Assembly (NCBI RefSeq): GCF_006345805.1
Contig: NW_021832866.1
Coordinates: 28,098-92,097 of the forward strand
Length of the DNA: 64,000 nt
Origin: Octopus sinensis
Taxonomy: Eukaryota
Reading direction: 5' to 3'
Shown here piece after piece: positions 61,620 to 64,000 of the stretch. Each line of letters begins with the position of its first letter. The stretch's first letter is position 1. Below the pieces are notes generated by a model. It saw only the letters and a list, made by a program, of their open reading frames with translations. It ran no database searches and was not told where the DNA came from. A program made the translations under genes and the position numbers.

Positions 61620-62530
61620 GCTGCCCTCAGATCGACACCATTACCTCAAGGCAACTCTGGAACCTGGTGTGCATGCATTCCTCCTTGTGTCCCTTCATAA
61701 TCTTGGTCATTAGTTTGGTGTTGCAGGCAGAGCAGTTGGTGTCTTTCTCAGCTGCACCTCATGCATAGTAATCTATGGGATTAGTATTGGGGGAATTAGG
61801 AGGCTAGAAATTGGGGACTGGTGAAGTCATTGAAATTCTCTGACAACAACTTCTGAATCTTTCTGGGAGTAAGGTAAGGAGTCGGTTCCTGCGGCCACAT
61901 GTATGGCCTTCCCGAGCAACCCTCTCCAGCCAGGATTTGACCATAGTCTCCACCAACTTCACATAACTGTTTGAATTGAGCCTAAGACCCTGTTCAAAGA
62001 TGTAGGGCAGCATGATGTCACGGGAGACACACCCAAAGACCATCACATTTTGGGGGACATCATATGGATTGTAGGCAAGCTACCTGTAGTTCTGGGTATT
62101 GTGTAACTGGCCCTGGCAGAAGGATTTCCATCTGAGAAGAACCTGTTCAGGAGCTTGTTTGCCTTTACCAAATGGTTTTCCTTGGCCTTGGCTTTCAGAA
62201 TTTGTTCCTTGCACCTCTTGTACAAATGGTTGCAAAGGTCCTTATTCAGCAGTTATTGAATGAATCCTGACATTCAGATGCAGTCAGAACAATTGCTGTT
62301 TCCCTTCCTGGGCCACAGCTTTGCAGTCTCCATTGCAGATATCAATTTCTTGTCTTACAGCCTTTAAAGGGTTCACAGAGTTTTGAGCAGCATTTTGGTA
62401 CCCAGCACAAATCATCTTGATACAGATAAGCCTTTTCCAATATTCAGAGGGCTTCCAGTCCTCTGTGTCAATTAACTTTTGTCTCAGATACACCTTTAAT
62501 GTTATGCTCCCCAAAATCATTGACTGTTTA
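61620..62530 (-). mobile_element. Tc1/mariner (maT/DD37D-like) transposase remnant
   Basis: VMVFGCVS..PYIFEQGLRLNSNSYVKL..PPNSPNTNPIDYYA on the minus strand with stops/frameshifts. Confidence 0.8.
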
Positions 62531-63581
62531 TCAATACATCAAGCTGTTCGGGGTGGGGGTGGGGTAATAGGGGACAGAAAAAATTCAACTTTAGCCCGAA
62601 TACCCCGTATACACATACACAACTAATATGATAGTTTCCTTTAACCAAGGTTGGTCTAGGGCTAAACAAAACCCATCATTCCATTCAAACAAAACACTCG
62701 AGTGTGTATACATGTATTATGTCCAGATGTGTATATATATGTGTATGTGTGTGTACTTTTGATAACAAAAAAAATACCCTGATCCAGTGAGAGTGAAATA
62801 ACATTTTTTGAATGTGAAAGTGTGGATCAGCAACTTCAAGTTTTATATCTGTAAAGTGCAATATTTGGCTGGGTTTATACAGTGCATACACTGTATAATC
62901 CAGTAATTCTGGACAGGAACCTAAGTGATTGTTGGATCATAAACAATATGCCTCGTATATGAGCAGAGTTAAATATTGTATAAAACTCGAAGTTGCTGAC
63001 CAACAACTTATGCATTTATTAAATGAGATATATATATATATATATATAATATATATATATAAAATTAGAGATAAAACCACTATTAGGCAAATCAAACAGT
63101 GAAAAACATAAACAAAAACATAAAAATAAAAATAATTAATATAATTTATTAAATATATATAAATGGATGAATGAATTATCCTTTGTTTACCGTTAACATG
63201 AAAAATTCAATAAACAGTTACCAGGGTAGCAAAATTCACGCAAGTAACAAGGATGTAATGACCTGTTCAAAGGTAGAAACTCCGGGTTAATGTGCAGTAA
63301 TTTGTGTGTGTTCAACTCTATTTATTTATTTATTTATACTATATATATATATATATATATATACATACATGAATACAACCCATGCTAGCATGGAAAGCGG
63401 ACGTTAAATGGTGATGATGATACATAAATATATACATACATAAATTCACATTCTTTTATTCTTTGTAAGCCTAGTACTTATTCTATCAATTTCTGTTGCC
63501 AAGCTGCTAAGTTACTGGGAGGTAACCACATCTACATCAGTTGTCAAATGACTGTGCGGAGGACAAAAACAGCACACAAAT

Positions 63582-63617
<36 letters not shown>

Positions 63618-63793
63618 CACAACGGGCTTCTTTCAGTTTCTGTCTACCAAATCCACTCACAAGGCCTAAGGTTATAGTAGTAGACACTTGCCCAAGGTGC
63701 CATGCATTGGTATTGAACCAGACCATGTGGTTGGGAAGCAAACTTCTTACCACACAGCCATGTGTGTATATGTGTACTTATTATGTACTTACT

Positions 63794-63834
<41 letters not shown>

Positions 63835-64000
63835 GACTTATATATATATATAAACATATTGGAAACCCTTATTTTATTTATATATATATATTTAATGTGT
63901 GTGTATGTATGTGTACTTATATATTTACATACATAGATACATGAATACATTAACTATATACACACACACACACATAAGTAAAAAGATGTTCACAAGTCTC

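Overview
AT-rich, microsatellite-dense animal DNA. The SINE/LINE complement points to a coleoid cephalopod, most likely Octopus (inference). The window holds the 3' ~85% of one plus-strand gene, a class-I unconventional myosin of the MYO1A/B clade. I traced 26 GT-AG coding exons by hand (7164-56392, 2789 nt, all phases compatible, ~929 aa). They run from motor switch-I through ~5 IQ motifs and the TH1 tail to TGA; the P-loop exons lie upstream of the window. The introns are filled with three tRNA-derived SINE families, 5'-truncated RTE and CR1 LINEs, Tigger/mariner remnants, piggyBac-like and fold-back MITEs, and two non-autonomous Helitrons. The most unusual signal is a set of (TA)n-embedded, often fold-back, non-coding elements carrying hammerhead-ribozyme cores. 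These include a near-complete type I hammerhead at 55638-55699 (-), several minimal Penelope-style cores, and one sense core downstream of the stop codon. Other leads: a 14-nt constitutive microexon, a candidate 18-nt cassette microexon, a single-IQ symmetric exon, a candidate A-to-I Q/R recoding site, and a splice acceptor built from a retroelement tail. Repeat boundaries are approximate; no searches or folding were run.
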